This document shows positions 1-12,654 of a DNA stretch of 64,000 bases, in pieces. This stretch comes from Octopus bimaculoides (taxonomy: Eukaryota). The translations under genes were made by a program, and so were the position numbers. The stretch covers positions 40,060,473 through 40,124,472 of the forward strand of contig NC_068989.1 in the NCBI RefSeq assembly GCF_001194135.2. Reading direction: 5' to 3'. Under the pieces are notes generated by a model that was given only the letters and a program-made list of their open reading frames with translations, did not search any database and was not told where the DNA came from. How positions within the stretch are numbered: position 1 is the stretch's first letter; each line of letters starts with the position of its first letter.

Positions 1-1574
1 CTTATATACAAAAGTATATATATACACATTTATATACGTAAGTATGTTTGCGTGATTCTTTCAGTATCTCTCTATGTTTGCACACATTTTAAGCCCAGTG
101 TTGTTGTTTATGTTGTGTCCTTTTCTGTCGTGTTGTTTAGTATTTTTGACAAATAGATGACGACAAATTAACAACCCGGTTTAAATGAGTACTGCGTCGA
201 TAAGTTCGACCAGAACCTCCGAATGTACTGCTCCAGCTTAACCGCACTCTATTATCTGAAACTATTTCAAGCATAATTATATGTGTATATACGTTATTTG
301 TATGATAGTATATGCTTGTGTGTGCAAGTGCATTGTGTGCATATGTGTGTATGTGTAAGTATGTGAAAGCTTCCTTGTTGCGTAAACCTTGAATGGAGAA
401 GGAAAAAGATTACATTACTACGCCTTTCTCTTCAGTAAACACCAAAGTAATGAAATGGAAAAGTAATTATATTCTTTAAGTTGCTGGTAAATATATATGA
501 TTTTGGCTCATAACACAGAGGCTGTGCATTGTAATTCCTGTGGTGTGGAGGTGAGAAAGAATGATAAGAAGATAATAGTTTTGATAAAAATCTTCCGAAC
601 GCTACAGGATTTCTGTAGTATTAATCATAATTGGTTTATAATTGAATAAATATATAAGCATGAATGTATCCGTTTGATATTGTCTTCTTTTTCTGCTTTC
701 GTTTTTATGCGGGATCAGAGACCGCTGGTATTTATTTACCAAGTCTAGCAACATGCAGTGTTGAGAGGCGTTGACATCTGGATAGGTTGGCAATGCTTTC
801 GTTTTCAACTTTCGGGTGATTTGAAACTCTTTAAAAGAAGAAACTTGAATAGTATATTTGCAGCCTCTTTGTGTAAGTTTTTACTGGTCGTTTGCTAATG
901 GAATAGTGTTGTTCCATTTTTACAAAGTGGCATTTAAATACGTGTCACCCTTCACATCTTCTCGTTGTGTTATTTAAATTATACCTGTCTTATCTGACTG
1001 TAAGCTGCATATATAGTTTTGCGAGCTCTGAACAGATATAACATTAATGATTCTTTATTTAAAAACGTATTATCGCAGTCTTGGTAACTATTACACTGAG
1101 TGACAGTTGACCATAAACTGTTTAAACTTTTATGTATTGGCTTCAAAAATAGTCTTGGCTCTAGAATAAGGAATATCAATCGATAATTTTATTTCTTGCA
1201 ATCTTATATATTTGGACAAATATTTTGGTTGCTTGTTAAGTTGATTACTTTGGCAGAAACGGTTGAGATTCGGATTAAAGTCATATCTCTATTTTGTTTC
1301 GTCCTTCTAAGCTCTTCAATAAAACCTCGATGTATCCAGATTGTCTGGTGTTTTAGATCATCTCGAGATCAATTCTATTGCATCATATCTCATCTGCATA
1401 GTTTTAGCTTAGCTTGTTCGTTGTCAGAAGAAATCAAAATAATCGTAAAGGAAGACTTATGACCTAGTAAATTCCTGTGTGAAAAACATTCGCTTACCTC
1501 TTAAAATGCTATAAAGTGGGCGTCAACAAGGTGTATATTTCGGTATTGATTTCTCTTTGCAGCTATTTAATATC

Positions 1575-1650
1575 ATTTTTATGCCATTGTGGTTAGGATG
1601 TCTGGCTCACGATAACTAAGTCGCAGGTTCTATTCTTGGAGCGGACGACT
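1575..1650 (+). mobile_element. Degenerate tRNA-derived SINE head
   Basis: A-box-like TGGTTAGG and B-box-like GGTTCTATTC at tRNA-like spacing; no cloverleaf or CCA. Confidence 0.4.
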
Positions 1651-1666
1651 TAATGAACTTCTTGGT

Positions 1667-1821
1667 GTCAGACCTGTTTATCTGTATAAAGTATTTATTA
1701 CCTTGTTTTTACTTTGTAGGTGACTATCAGACCTCTTTACCTATATGAAGTACATATTATCTTGTTGTTACTCCGGAGGCTAGTGTCAGACTTCTAAAGT
1801 ACTTATTATATCGTTGTTACC
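1667..1821. repeat. Degenerate ~59-bp tandem repeat, 3 copies
   Basis: Units start with (g)tcagac at 1667, ~1727 and 1785 and share aagta..tatta..ttgtt(g)ttac; the third is internally shortened. Confidence 0.6.
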
Positions 1822-2379
1822 CAAATGCAGCGAATATTATCTCACAGATTCACTGTTTCTTCTAGTTGACCTGTATCTTTCAGAATTAGACAACTATATA
1901 GCCTGCTTGCCTTTAGTCCTTGCTTCAGTTATTCGACCGTATTCCTCTTTTCGTACATGATACATTTCGTCTTATCTAACTTTGCATCTTAATTTAATTT
2001 GATCTGGTCGCACTGGTCCATTTTTCTTCTATCTTCTCTAAGGTCATTAATTTTCATCAGTATTCACCTTTTCAATTAGGTCACTCGCTGGTCCTTCCTT
2101 TGTTCTTTCTTTCCTTCAATCAATGATGCAACATTGGTAACTGCTAATATTCACGCGTATTGATATCATTAATGTTTGCACGGCTAATTTTCTCAGTCCA
2201 TTTGTTCAGGTCTGATGATTTTTGTCTTTACCATAAGATGATTCACCCTCCTCAAATAAACTGATTCGAGAACCCCTCTCAGTTTTTTAAAGACTTCTTA
2301 TTATTCTCATTTAATTTTCGCATGCGCAGAAAAATGCCAGAAGTATTTTGTGGGAATAAATATGTAAGCCTTTGAAGTG

Positions 2380-2760
2380 AGCTTGTTGTGGGACTTACCT
2401 ATATAAGTAAAAATAGAACCCAACAAACTGGATACTGCAATTATCGTCAAGAAGGAACTAAGTTTTTTAATTGATGTGGCATGATCATTTCACAACAGAG
2501 TAAAGGAAAAATATAAGACATGAAGTATGAAATCCTCAACTGATAGAACAGGAAAGCTAACGAGGTCATGATACTATCGATTATTATTGGAGCTTTGGGG
2601 ACAATGAGAAAAAAATTAGAGAATAAACCTTGAAAGATTTCAGCGTAACCTAGGAGTTGGTGCAACGAAGAAACCATGCCCATTCAGGATTAACTGAAAA
2701 GATGACAATTCAGCGTACGAACAGATATTAAGAGCTGAAAAATGCTCCTTAGTCTAAACC
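2380..2760 (+). mobile_element. R4/Dong-like non-LTR retrotransposon 3' relic (restriction-like endonuclease region)
   Basis: Broken-frame translation gives IEPNKLDTAIIVKK..FLIDVA..FHNRVKEK and ILSIIIGALGTM, matching the RLE-LINE C-terminal pattern (PD..D..IGALG); followed by an (AAT)n tract. Confidence 0.65.
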
Positions 2761-2819
2761 AGGAGTTGTGATTTGAAAGGCACTAGGTGCAAGCCAAATT
2801 CTGTGAAACAACGAATAAT

Positions 2820-2861
2820 GATAAAAATAATAATAACAACAACAGCAACAACAACAACAAC

Positions 2862-2915
<54 letters not shown>
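2820..2915. repeat. (AAC/AAT)n microsatellite
   Basis: Direct reading. Confidence 0.95.
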
Positions 2916-3122
2916 CCTTTCTACTATAGGCACAAGGGTCTGAAATTTGTGGGGAGGTGGTAATTCGATGACATCGATCCCAGTACGTGACTGGTACTTA
3001 TTTTATCGACCCCGAAAGGATGAAAGGCAATGTCGACCTCGGCGGAATTTGAACTCAGAATGTAAAGACGAACGAAATGCAGCTAAGCATTTTGCCCGGC
3101 GTGCTATCGATTCTGCCAGCTT
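2916..3122 (-). mobile_element. tRNA-derived SINE, family A (most abundant family in the window)
   Basis: Minus strand reads gctggcagaatcgatagcacgccggg..gagttcaaattccgccgaggtcgac..gcctttcatcctttcggggtcgataaaataagtacc..; many related copies lie in 50-64 kb. The central domain resembles the MetaSINE-type domain from memory (unverified). Confidence 0.85.
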
Positions 3123-3782
3123 GCAGAATTTGAAACAACAATAACCATTCTGTGTGTGTGTGAGTGCCTGTGTTTGTGTGTATGTGTGTATGTGCGTGTG
3201 TGTGTGTGTGTGCGTACGTATGTGAGTGTTAACATGTATATATTGTCTATTTGTCTTTAAGTGTACATTGTTAGATATGTCCTACCCTAATTGTAGACTA
3301 CAGAGTGTGATCTGAAAGATCCTTGATAGATCTTTGTATCATGTCTGGCAACCTCACATAGGCTTTTCTGGTCTGCTTGAAAACATGGCTATTTGCCTTG
3401 CAGCCCCTGATAAACGATGATCGAAAAGGTTTAGAATGAAAGGCGTTCCGGGATTTTAAACTGTATCTCATATGTAATGCTTAAATTCCAATGTTTCTCG
3501 CCTCGTAGTTATAAATTAAATACAGTAATTCAGTCACTTTTTGCTTTCTTACAGCTGCTGTGGAGTTTCAAATTGTAAATTTATATTTAACACTAATTAC
3601 TATGAACCTCACGTTATTCCTTCGTTTTTCATCCAAACAATCCACTTTTTACGCTTTCTTTTAACTTGTCATCAACAGCCAACCACGGAGAAATATTTCC
3701 TCGCTCAAAGCAATCACGCCTTCCAGAGCATGCAATTATTATACAGATGCAATCCCGACTTTCTGGACACTGATTGACCGAC

Positions 3783-5290
3783 ATGGCAGAGTAGGAACTT
3801 AAAAAGGAGAACCCTCTCTTGGAGTGGGAAATTATCCCACCCAAGCAGTGGTTAAAAGATATGGAGGAGAGGACGGTGGTGGTTCGAACTTACTCTAAAG
3901 TTCTTGATATCATCACTGTCTTCCCAAAACCAACTATAGAAAAAGAACTGAAAGACTATTTGTCCTCTGTGAAATACATATCCCGCAGTATCAAGCATGC
4001 AACCGTATGGTTGCTGTTTGACACCCCGGAGGAGGCTCGTAATTTTGCGAGCCAGCCCTTAGAGGGCAACGAAATTCTGTTCCTCCCGTCGTACTGCGAG
4101 AGGAAATTAATAAGAGCCTGGGTATGTGGGTTACCCCCAGGCACCGAGGCGGGTTGGATTGAAGATACCATCCGACGGGGTTTGGGAGATAGCGGGCCCA
4201 GGCCCTTAAATGTAAGGGTATTGCCTGTGGTCGATTGTGTAGGGTAAAATGCGATTTTGACCCTGTGGAACACATCGGCCGCAACAGATCTGGTTTTTCT
4301 AGATTTCTTTTTAAATGGCTGGCTGTAGATATTCAGTGATACTTGAGGGAAGCCCCTCAAGTGTCACTCGTGCCTGGAGCCAGGCCACATTTAAAAGAAC
4401 TGCCCCCCAAGACCACGGTAAGGTCCTGGAACAGTCACTGCAAGCCACCTTCCCTACCCGGTCAAAGGGAGAGGTGGATGTGGTTGAGGAGGCTTTAGCG
4501 TCCTCAACCCCAAAAGGATTATAAAGGAAGAAAGCGAGCAACAAGGGTTGCCCGCCGAAGGACCCTAAAGCTTCGGGAGGTGGGGGAGATGCTCCGGACA
4601 AAGCGGAAGAGCTCCACTCTCCCGAAGTCAGGAAGAAAAGGAAAAAAAGAAGAACGGGTTATTGCAGGTGGACGATGATGTGCCGTCTGCATGTCCCGAA
4701 GTCGTGCCACCCATGGTGGAAGAAATGACCCCCTGAAGATGAAGAATTACTTATCTTTTTCTACAAGAGCAGAGAGGTGGAAAAAATAGTAGAAGAACAT
4801 AAAGAGACAGTAGATATGACCTGCACACGGGAGCCCGAATGGCCTCTGCAGATAGCTGTGGAGGTCATAAGGCTTTCCCTGTGGGAAAGCTTAAAAGACT
4901 TAAAGAGGAATGTTGCATATGGCTGGTTGGCCCTAACATGACATATGCTTCGTACATTAATAAGGCATGGAAAATGGCGGGGTACGGGAACTCAAGCGGC
5001 ACTGAAGATAATGATAGATATATTGATGGATATATCGATGAATAGGAGGTGAAAAAGCCTCGTTAAGAGGGTTTGAAATCGCATCGTATTGCATTAATTG
5101 TAGTGGTTTCAAAACTTAATTGTGTTCTTTAAAAAAAAAAAATGTTAAGTAAGAAGTTTTAGTGCCTCCTTTTTGTAAGAGGTTTGAAATCTCATTGATT
5201 AAAAATAATATTTTCGAGAAAACCCCAATCGGTGGGCGTTGGGTTTCGTCTCTCATTTATTCATTTTATTTTCATTTCATTTTCATTCAT
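3783..5290 (+). mobile_element. Decayed gag/ORF1-only retroelement-like unit (RRM-like region plus CCHC zinc knuckle)
   Basis: ATG at 3783 is in frame with ORF 3819-4247 (ERTVVVRTYS..VWLLFDTPEEA..IRAWVCGLPPG). The same frame gives C-H-S-C-L-E-P-G-H-I-*-K-N-C (CX2CX4HX4C) at 4362-4403, with several stops. A-run at ~5130-5141, hairpin at 5217-5247, TTCA-like tail; no RT motif seen. Confidence 0.7.
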
Positions 5291-5354
5291 TAATGTGTTG
5301 TCCAGCCCACAGCTACTCTGTATACTGCCTTTATGGCAATTAAAATGAAATAAA

Positions 5355-5572
5355 GTAGCTTGATTACCAGCCACATGATTCTGGGTTCAGTCCCACTGCG
5401 TGACACCTTGGCAAGTGTCTTCTACTACAGCCACCGNNNNNNNNNNNNNNNNNNNNNNNNNNNNNNNNNNNNNNNNNNNNNNNNNNNNNNNNNNNNNNNN
5501 NNNNNNNNNNNNNNNNNNNNNNNNNNNNNNNNNNNNNNNNNNNNNNNNNNNNNNNNNNNNNNNNNNNNNNNN

Positions 5573-5622
<50 letters not shown>

Positions 5623-5757
5623 CGTGTATGTTTGTGTGTCTGTGTTTGTCCCTCAGCATCGCTTGACAACCGGTGCTGGTGTGTCTATGTCCTCGTAACC
5701 TAACGGTTCGGCAAAAACGACCGCAGTCAAATGACTGAAACAAGTAAAAGAATAAAA
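5355..5757 (+). mobile_element. CORE-like tRNA-derived SINE, family B (interrupted by N gap)
   Basis: ggttcagtcccactgcgtgacaccttggcaagtgtcttctact head, internal (TG)n, tail cagtcaaatgactgaaacaagtaaaag; homologous to 31040 and 40900. Confidence 0.85.
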
Positions 5758-5760
5758 AAG

Positions 5761-5880
5761 TATTCCCCTCTCAGATTCACACACTTAGCCCTATAAAAGA
5801 ACTTGCAAGCCAGGGTCTCCAACTAGGCCTTTCGCAATACCCTTCAAGCCAGGAATTTTTCACCACGCTCTCGGATGGGA
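5761..5880 (-). mobile_element. Partial mariner-derived MITE
   Basis: tcccctctcagattcacac..aggcctttcgc..aagccaggaattttca matches the copies at 47121 and 51730. Confidence 0.6.
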
Positions 5881-6400
5881 GTGTACGTACGTGCGCGCGC
5901 GCGCGTGTATGTGTGCGTCCATGTGTGTGAATAAACAAGTACGTGCGCGTGCCTGAAGCGATGTATCCGTGTGTGCTTCTTGTACTAATGTGGTCTGTGT
6001 GTTCTTGTGTCGTTTTTAAGTACGTGTGTGTAAAAGGCAGTTGGACATATGCATGCACATGTGTGTTTATGCTAAAGTGTGTGTGTGTGTGTGCATGTGT
6101 GTGTGTGTGCATTGTGTTTATGCATGAATATTGTTTTTTATATGCGTATGTACGTATGTGTGTATGTATGTATATATGTATATATGTATGTAAGTGCACA
6201 TGTATGTATGTATGTATGTATGTATGTAAGTGAGCGAGTGTGTGTGTCCTTGTTTATTAGTTGGTGTCAGTATATGGCACTGTTGGATAAAGTGTGTGTG
6301 CATGGAGTTGACATGTGTGTAATGTTCTGTGTTTGCACATTTATATATGTGTATGAAGGCGTTTCTATGTGTATGTGTGAGTAAGGTCAACTGACGTATG
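5881..6400. repeat. Degenerate (TG)n/(TATG)n low-complexity tract
   Basis: Direct reading; source of the spurious CV/HT-rich ORFs. Confidence 0.9.
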
Positions 6401-6599
6401 CGTGTATTGTAGGGGGATGTATGCCTATTGGCTCGGTGCGAAGTGGAATGAGAGACAGGAGTTAGCGTTCAGAGGTTTTGGATGCTGGTGTATGGATTGG
6501 AAAGGAGTGTGTGTATGTCCGTTTGTGTGTGTGCATGCGTGTGACCGTGTGTGTTGGTGTATGTATATGTTGTAGGGGCATAATGGAGCATGTGGTTTG

Positions 6600-7500
6600 G
6601 GTACTGAATATAACGGTTTAGAGGTATGTAGGTAGAGAAGGAAGGGTAAAGGAAGTTGGGAGTTGTATGGTGTGTAAAATGTTTGTGGCGGTGAGTTTAA
6701 ATGAAAAGCGGTAATGAATTGAGATCACGAGGGATTTAGGAATGAAGAGAGTAAATTAATTTCTGATCTCGAGGGGGGCGGGAACCCGGGTGGCCTTTGT
6801 GCATGGTCGGTCCGAAAACAGACAGACGTTGTTGCAGTGAAATGGCGTGAGACCGAGGTGTTATTGTCGAATCTGATGTCCCAGAGATGTTCGGCAAACC
6901 AGTCAGCTAAACAGTTTGACCAATGTACAGGGAACGACAGAGAAAGCAGTAAATCACATTGGTGGAGTTCAGGTGAATGAATTTATGATGTAGCAGGGGC
7001 AGTGGTGGATGCCGGTGAGGAAAATGGTGTTGCAGAAGTAGGGCAGGTGCGGCAACGTGAGCGAAAGTAAGGGAAGGGTTAAGGTTTGGTGCCAGGTGTG
7101 GTGAAAAAAAAAACCTATGGTCACGTAGGTTATGTTCACGTTTGAAGGAGGGAAGGGATGGGTTGAGGAAGAGGTGTGAAGTGAAGGGGTCTGATTAGAA
7201 CCGGCGGAAATTCCGAAGAATGATGCGTTGGAGGGGTGGAGTGGAAGAGTTGTAGGTGAGGGGAAAGGCCGGAAAGGATGTGGCCGGTGCGAGTAGAGAG
7301 AGCGGATGCACGGTCAACATATCAGACACTGGCGACAGTGGCTTAGATAATGATTAGAGGTTTTCCAGTTGGGTGAAGGGACGAGTCATGAGTTGGGGCT
7401 GTGTCTCGAAGTCGTGGTTGTCACTTCAGAGCCGACAGAGGCAGAGGAATTGAGAGTAAGAGATGGACAGTTTAATGTGGGTAGAGTAGGAAAAGAAGTT
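6600..7500 (-). mobile_element. Penelope-like element fragment, GIY-YIG endonuclease region (pseudogenised)
   Basis: Minus translation gives FPLTYNSSTPPLQRIILRNFRRF*SDPFTSHLF..FKREHNLRDH, then NVIYCFLCRSLYIGQT..DWFAEHLWDIR..SVSRHF. Confidence 0.85.
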
Positions 7501-7512
7501 ACGATAAAAAGT

Positions 7513-7530
7513 TAGTATGTGTGTGCGCTA

Positions 7531-7587
<57 letters not shown>

Positions 7588-7610
7588 AGTGTGTGTGTGT
7601 ATGTGTGTGT
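7513..7610. repeat. (TG)n microsatellite
   Basis: Direct reading. Confidence 0.95.
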
Positions 7611-9431
7611 ACACTAAGGTAGATAGATGAATGCTTAAAATTATGTCAGGATCATTTTAATAGGTAATACTATCTTATATTTATCTGAAGCAGTTTCCAA
7701 GGAGGTGGTAAAATCTATTCAAAGACCCCCTTGGTATAATTTACTGCCAATTATCATCTGCCTGAAAAGTACAACAAAAAAAAAGAGAATATATTATGTG
7801 AAAGAAACTCATCGAAACATAATTACCTAAATTTCTTCTCTTATATTTACGTTAGTCTCCTGTAAAAACTGTATTAACTACAATCATACTCACTTCATTG
7901 GTTCTTATTATTCCTATCGATATTTTATCATTTCGTGTCTTATTCAAATGAGAAATTGGTGATCGAAACTAAAAAAAACTTTATTCATGCAGTAAACAGT
8001 TCAGTAAGAATTATTACTGCATTATTTATCAAAGTTTTGTGAAAGCTTTTAATAGGAGACAGGAGCTATTATCTTTGGTGAAATCTTGCAAATTTTCCAA
8101 TTCTATATACATAAAGAACTTGACACGAAATAATTTTCTGTTCAGCTTATTTATTCCGTCTTCAAATATTTCGGCCAGTGATACTCAATGTTTGCCTGTG
8201 TATACAGGTTTTTGTTTTTATCTTGTTTAATTATGTTTTTGCTTTGATCTTGTCTTATGTTTTTGTTTTCATCTATAGATTTTCTATGAATAATTAAACG
8301 CTCTGTTTATGATTCTTCATCTTACAGTAATTAATCCACTCTTTACTATGAGGTAGAGATTTGCAACGGTAATGTATCTCCCTACCTTCCAAAGTATTAG
8401 GACCATCTACAATGTAACAAAGAAACAAACCACTTGTATACCAAAAGTTTCAAGAGTCTCTTCTTAATTTGTGTGCCAACAAAAAGGGAAATGATTCATT
8501 GCCTCTACCTCCCGAACGGTGGTTATAGAGAAGATAAAAACACAAATTTAATTATTTCTCAGCAGTTCAGTCTTGATTTCTTCTTGAAACATGTCACCAG
8601 CAGTAATATCATGTAGTTCACTTAGTCCCCCCTCTCTCTCTCTTTATTTCTCTCTGTTTCTCTCTTTCTCTTTTCTCTCTCTTATTCTTTTTTCTTTATC
8701 TGAACAGGAATTAATTTCTTAGACGTTATGTCTAAGAAATTAGACTAGGTCTCTGGTAATAAGAATTAGTATAGAATAAAGTAGATTTGAAACTCGTTTT
8801 ATTTCTCTAGTTTGATTGAAAAAAGGACACACATTTAAGAGGAAATGAAATTAAAGTTCTTTTTTTAAGTCTTAAGGGTACAGGAGCAAGATAAATGAAG
8901 TGAATTGCTTTTTAAATTACATAGAAAGCAGTACGAGTACTTGTCGGCACACGCTTCACTATTGTTCTGTAAGTTATTACATTATTCGATATTACATTTT
9001 AACCCTTACATTTCTTTGACTATGCAAAGCAAAAGATATGACACTTCGAGAAATAAATTAGAGTGCGTTTACCAGTTTTGTTGTGTTTTTTAAGGGAATA
9101 AAATTACAACTCCAAAATTATCTTTTCTCATCACGTTTGTTAATCTTCAATGCAAAGCACTGTGTGATCACCTTTCTATATCTTTATATCACATCTGCAC
9201 AACCCTTCGTTCATTAATCTAAATCACTAAATCAGAATAAAATGTTTCAGAATAATGCATATATATAGATGTTTATGAAAATATGATACAGTCTAAATTC
9301 AATTAGAAACACTTTCCTCCACCACAATGGATAGTTTTAGTTAAGTTTAAACTTTATCGTCTAAGATGATTCAACCTGTTGAGGTTTTTATCTGGATAGA
9401 GGAGGCGAAAAGCTGTTGCCCAGTATACTCT

Positions 9432-10860
9432 TGTTACGAAGGAGCCAGATCCTGCCATCGATTATCAGAAAACGGTTTTCTCAATTATAAATGGGGATGA
9501 TTTTCGTAGTTTTGTTTCCAGATCTAGAATGAGATGTAAGTTTTTGTCTTGCGGAGCATGTGCGGACATGCAAGCTTTTCCCTGGGATTAATGTGGGCGG
9601 TCCCACGAGCGACACGTCACATAGCTTATACGCGCACCCTGTCCATTCCGGTGTTTTGTCCTGCGAAACCAAAGCCGAGTCTAAGGCGCACAGTCGAGTC
9701 GTAGCCGGTATCGTTTTTTTACCGTAGCGGTGCCATCGCGCCTTGAGAGGCATGCCATCGCCTAATTGCAAGCCCCGTCCCTTGACAGCGTACTCGGGCG
9801 CCCGATCGCATTTACGCCCGTGTCAGGAAGGAGGTTCACAAGAGGGGTCGGTCAAAACTCAGAGTTCTCCGACGCAGGCCACTCCCGTGGGCAGGTCGCT
9901 TACGAGGCAAACCCCACTCAAGCGCAGCAGGAACCCAAACGGCTAAGCACGGGGGGCAAATTGGCCGCGCGTCGGGGTCCCTACTTTTGGTGACCACAGC
10001 CACCTCCTCAAGCCCTGGTCCCCGCGCCGCAGCAACCGTGGCGAGGGGGATCCCGAGGCGNNNNNNNNNNNNNNNNNNNNNNNNNNNNNNNNNNNNNNNN
10101 NNNNNNNNNNNNNNNNNNNNNNNNNNNNNNNNNNNNNNNNNNNNNNNNNNNNNNNNNNNNNNNNNNNNNNNNNNNNNNNNNNNNNNNNNNNNNNNNNNNN
10201 NNNNNNNNNNNNNNNNNNNNNNNNNNNNNNNNNNNNGTGGGCAGCGCCACCGCCGATTTTCTACGAGGCTCCGAGCGACCGAACAGAGGATCAAGTAGGG
10301 TTCCGACATTCGTGGACAGGACCACGCGTCCAGGGGGTGAATCCATCCGCCTGCGGGATTGGCTGCTATCCCTCGATGCACGGATCATAACCGCACCTAA
10401 ACGCCCGTTGTTTTCAGGTGGTCGGTGCCACCTTGCACCGAAGGCTGCGCGCTTGCCGGATCACTCTAACCATCCCCGGATGCGGCTATATTTGGTGTGG
10501 TCGCAGTATTGGGTTCCGGCCGGGGTGCGGTTTCCTTAATGTTTCCCCGGCGGGGGGTCGCCGCATGGCCACACATTAACACCCGTCCATCACGAGCGAG
10601 GTGAGGGTCAACGTACAATTGCGGGACCTCCGATTTTCGTGGACGAGCCACCCGTCCAGGGGGAACAACCACGCGCTCTTCTGTACCAACAGACGCTACG
10701 ATCGCGACAGTACCTGTATGCATAATGTTTTGCATCTTTCGCACAACATATCCTCTTTATTCTGGTACCGTGTGATAGTTTACATTTTTATTCTATGTAT
10801 GCGTAACTATCTACAGTTTGACGCAATACCGTGTGGGAGTTTGTATCGTATTAAAGTTTA
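9432..10860 (+). mobile_element. Probable LTR retrotransposon 5' part (LTR, PBS and leader; contains N gap)
   Basis: GC/CpG-rich island in AT-rich DNA starting TGTTAC (9432). CTAC at ~9981-9984 is followed by TGGTGACC (9988-9995), matching the start of a tRNA-Trp-type PBS (TGGTGACCCCGACG). No second LTR or pol motif is visible. Confidence 0.45.
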
Positions 10861-12149
10861 GTATTTTGAGGTTTACTTATTAAAATTGCTTATTTTTCAT
10901 CTGTTATTTCTATCAACATCAATCAAAAAACATAAATGTGGAGGTACACATATAGTTAAAGTTAAGCATTCCATATCACAAATGTTTTTATTTTTGCTTT
11001 CTTTTCCATAATCGACGGCCTCACCATACGATATTTTTTGTATCCTATTGGGATCACTTATTATTTGTTTTTACTCAAGAACCAAGATATAATTACTGCA
11101 AAATTGAGTAATCAACACATACTATTGCTTGCGACAGAGTATATTCGAAACAATGACCGATTATTCATTGATGTAAGATGGCAAATACTAATATTTCAAA
11201 GGACAGGATAAAATGTCATATGCAACAAAACCACTGTAACAAATATGGATGACACTGACCGTAAAAATCAGTTTATAAAATCCCAATGAATTAAAACATA
11301 AAAAAAAACATTAGAAACGAAGTCTAGTTGGCCGCAGACACATATCAGTCATACTCCCTAATGAATTAACTCACGAAGCAAAGTGAGAACTTCTCTCAGA
11401 CCAGCTCAAAACAATAGAATCCGAGCATTACCACGGTCGCAATAGTCACATTTAAGCGATGAGAAGAATTTATTACAAAAATATCACAAAAAAAAACATA
11501 TACAATTATGTATACAAAACAAATGTAGCCAACCCATCACAGGCTGCCTATAGGAAGTCCTTCTGTATTTTATGGTTTCAACACCTACACAAAATCATTC
11601 AATGCGATGGTATAAACAGCTCCAAAATTATAAATGCGGTGTGAGAATAGCAGACCTGAAGTAAGAGTGAAACGTAAGTTAAATATATTTATTGAGGTGA
11701 TGCTTACTTAATGTTACTAGACACAAATAACAAAAAGAAAAGTGGCATATTTTTACATAATGAATTATGAAAGTAGTAAAACAAATGAACTGTTAAAGCA
11801 CTGTCGCCTTTAAACATATGATGAGCATGTGTTAAACATGCCTTAAATAAAATAAGGAAAAGAAACCGAAACAGACATTGCCACCGAAAGAACAAGGAAA
11901 TTTAAAAACATTCTAAACGTGCCGAATATAAGTTACTAAGCATAAGAATAATCAAATAAGTTACTAAACACATAAATCATTTTGATACAGAAAACATAGC
12001 TTAAATATGAGCATATTTCCACTAATATGCTCTTCCCACAAAATCAACTTCCCCACTTAAACAATAGCAGAAGCTCTCACGTGGTGACAGATCAAGAGTA
12101 TATCATATATATCCAGTCGTAGGTAACAAACCAAAGTCCAGAAAAACGA

Positions 12150-12200
12150 GTCCCCTCCCCCAGAATTTCAGGCTTTGTGCCTATTGTAGGAAGGATTATT
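12150..12200 (+). mobile_element. SINE family A 3' tail fragment
   Basis: cccctcccccagaatttcaggctttgtgcctattgtaggaaggattatt matches the family A tail. Confidence 0.6.
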
Positions 12201-12654
12201 AATTGTAACTACTACAACGACTAAATAATCAACATCATCCATTATATCCCTGTTTCTATTAGCCGCGAGATTTCCAAAAAATATATTATGATTTATTTGT
12301 TGTCTTATCGATTCTGCCAGTCACAGAAGAAATGATGCACAAGTATGTTATTTCAGCTATTTATGAAAATTTGGCATAAATGAAAGCTAACTTGCTCTCG
12401 AGAAGGAAGTGCAAACGTGAAAGAAAAAGAAAATGAATATATTGAGCGAACTGAATAAATGTTAAAATCTCATGTCAATATCGAGTATACTATGCCAATC
12501 AGAACACATGAAAATGTCGTCATATTATATTTTATATTTCGCGTATGCACATTGTTTTTGATTTTGTCGACTACAGAGTATAGTAGTCGGTTGGGTTAGT
12601 TGTGTTCTGTCTTTCTTACAGTACGATAATTTCAGAATGTTTGGGTATCAATCT

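Noticed and set aside
602-1180. Possible decayed THAP-domain sequence on the minus strand (KWNNTIP.., RKLKTKALPTYP resembling AVPTIF)
   Set aside because: The C2CH ligands cannot be placed, and many stops and frameshifts are needed; the similarity may be chance.
2123-2215. C/D box snoRNA-like spacing (ATGATGC ... CTGA)
   Set aside because: The C box is imperfect, there is no terminal stem and no recognisable rRNA antisense element.
3405-3430. CTGATAA..CGAAA hammerhead-like motif
   Set aside because: The core has a mismatch and there are no convincing stems I or III.
5360-6390. ORF-track entries rich in CV/HT/YI repeats or X, here and at 13254-14694, 15516-19400, 21031-21958, 41148-41563, 45765-46181 and 58991-59592
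   Set aside because: Artefacts of microsatellites and N gaps; not coding.
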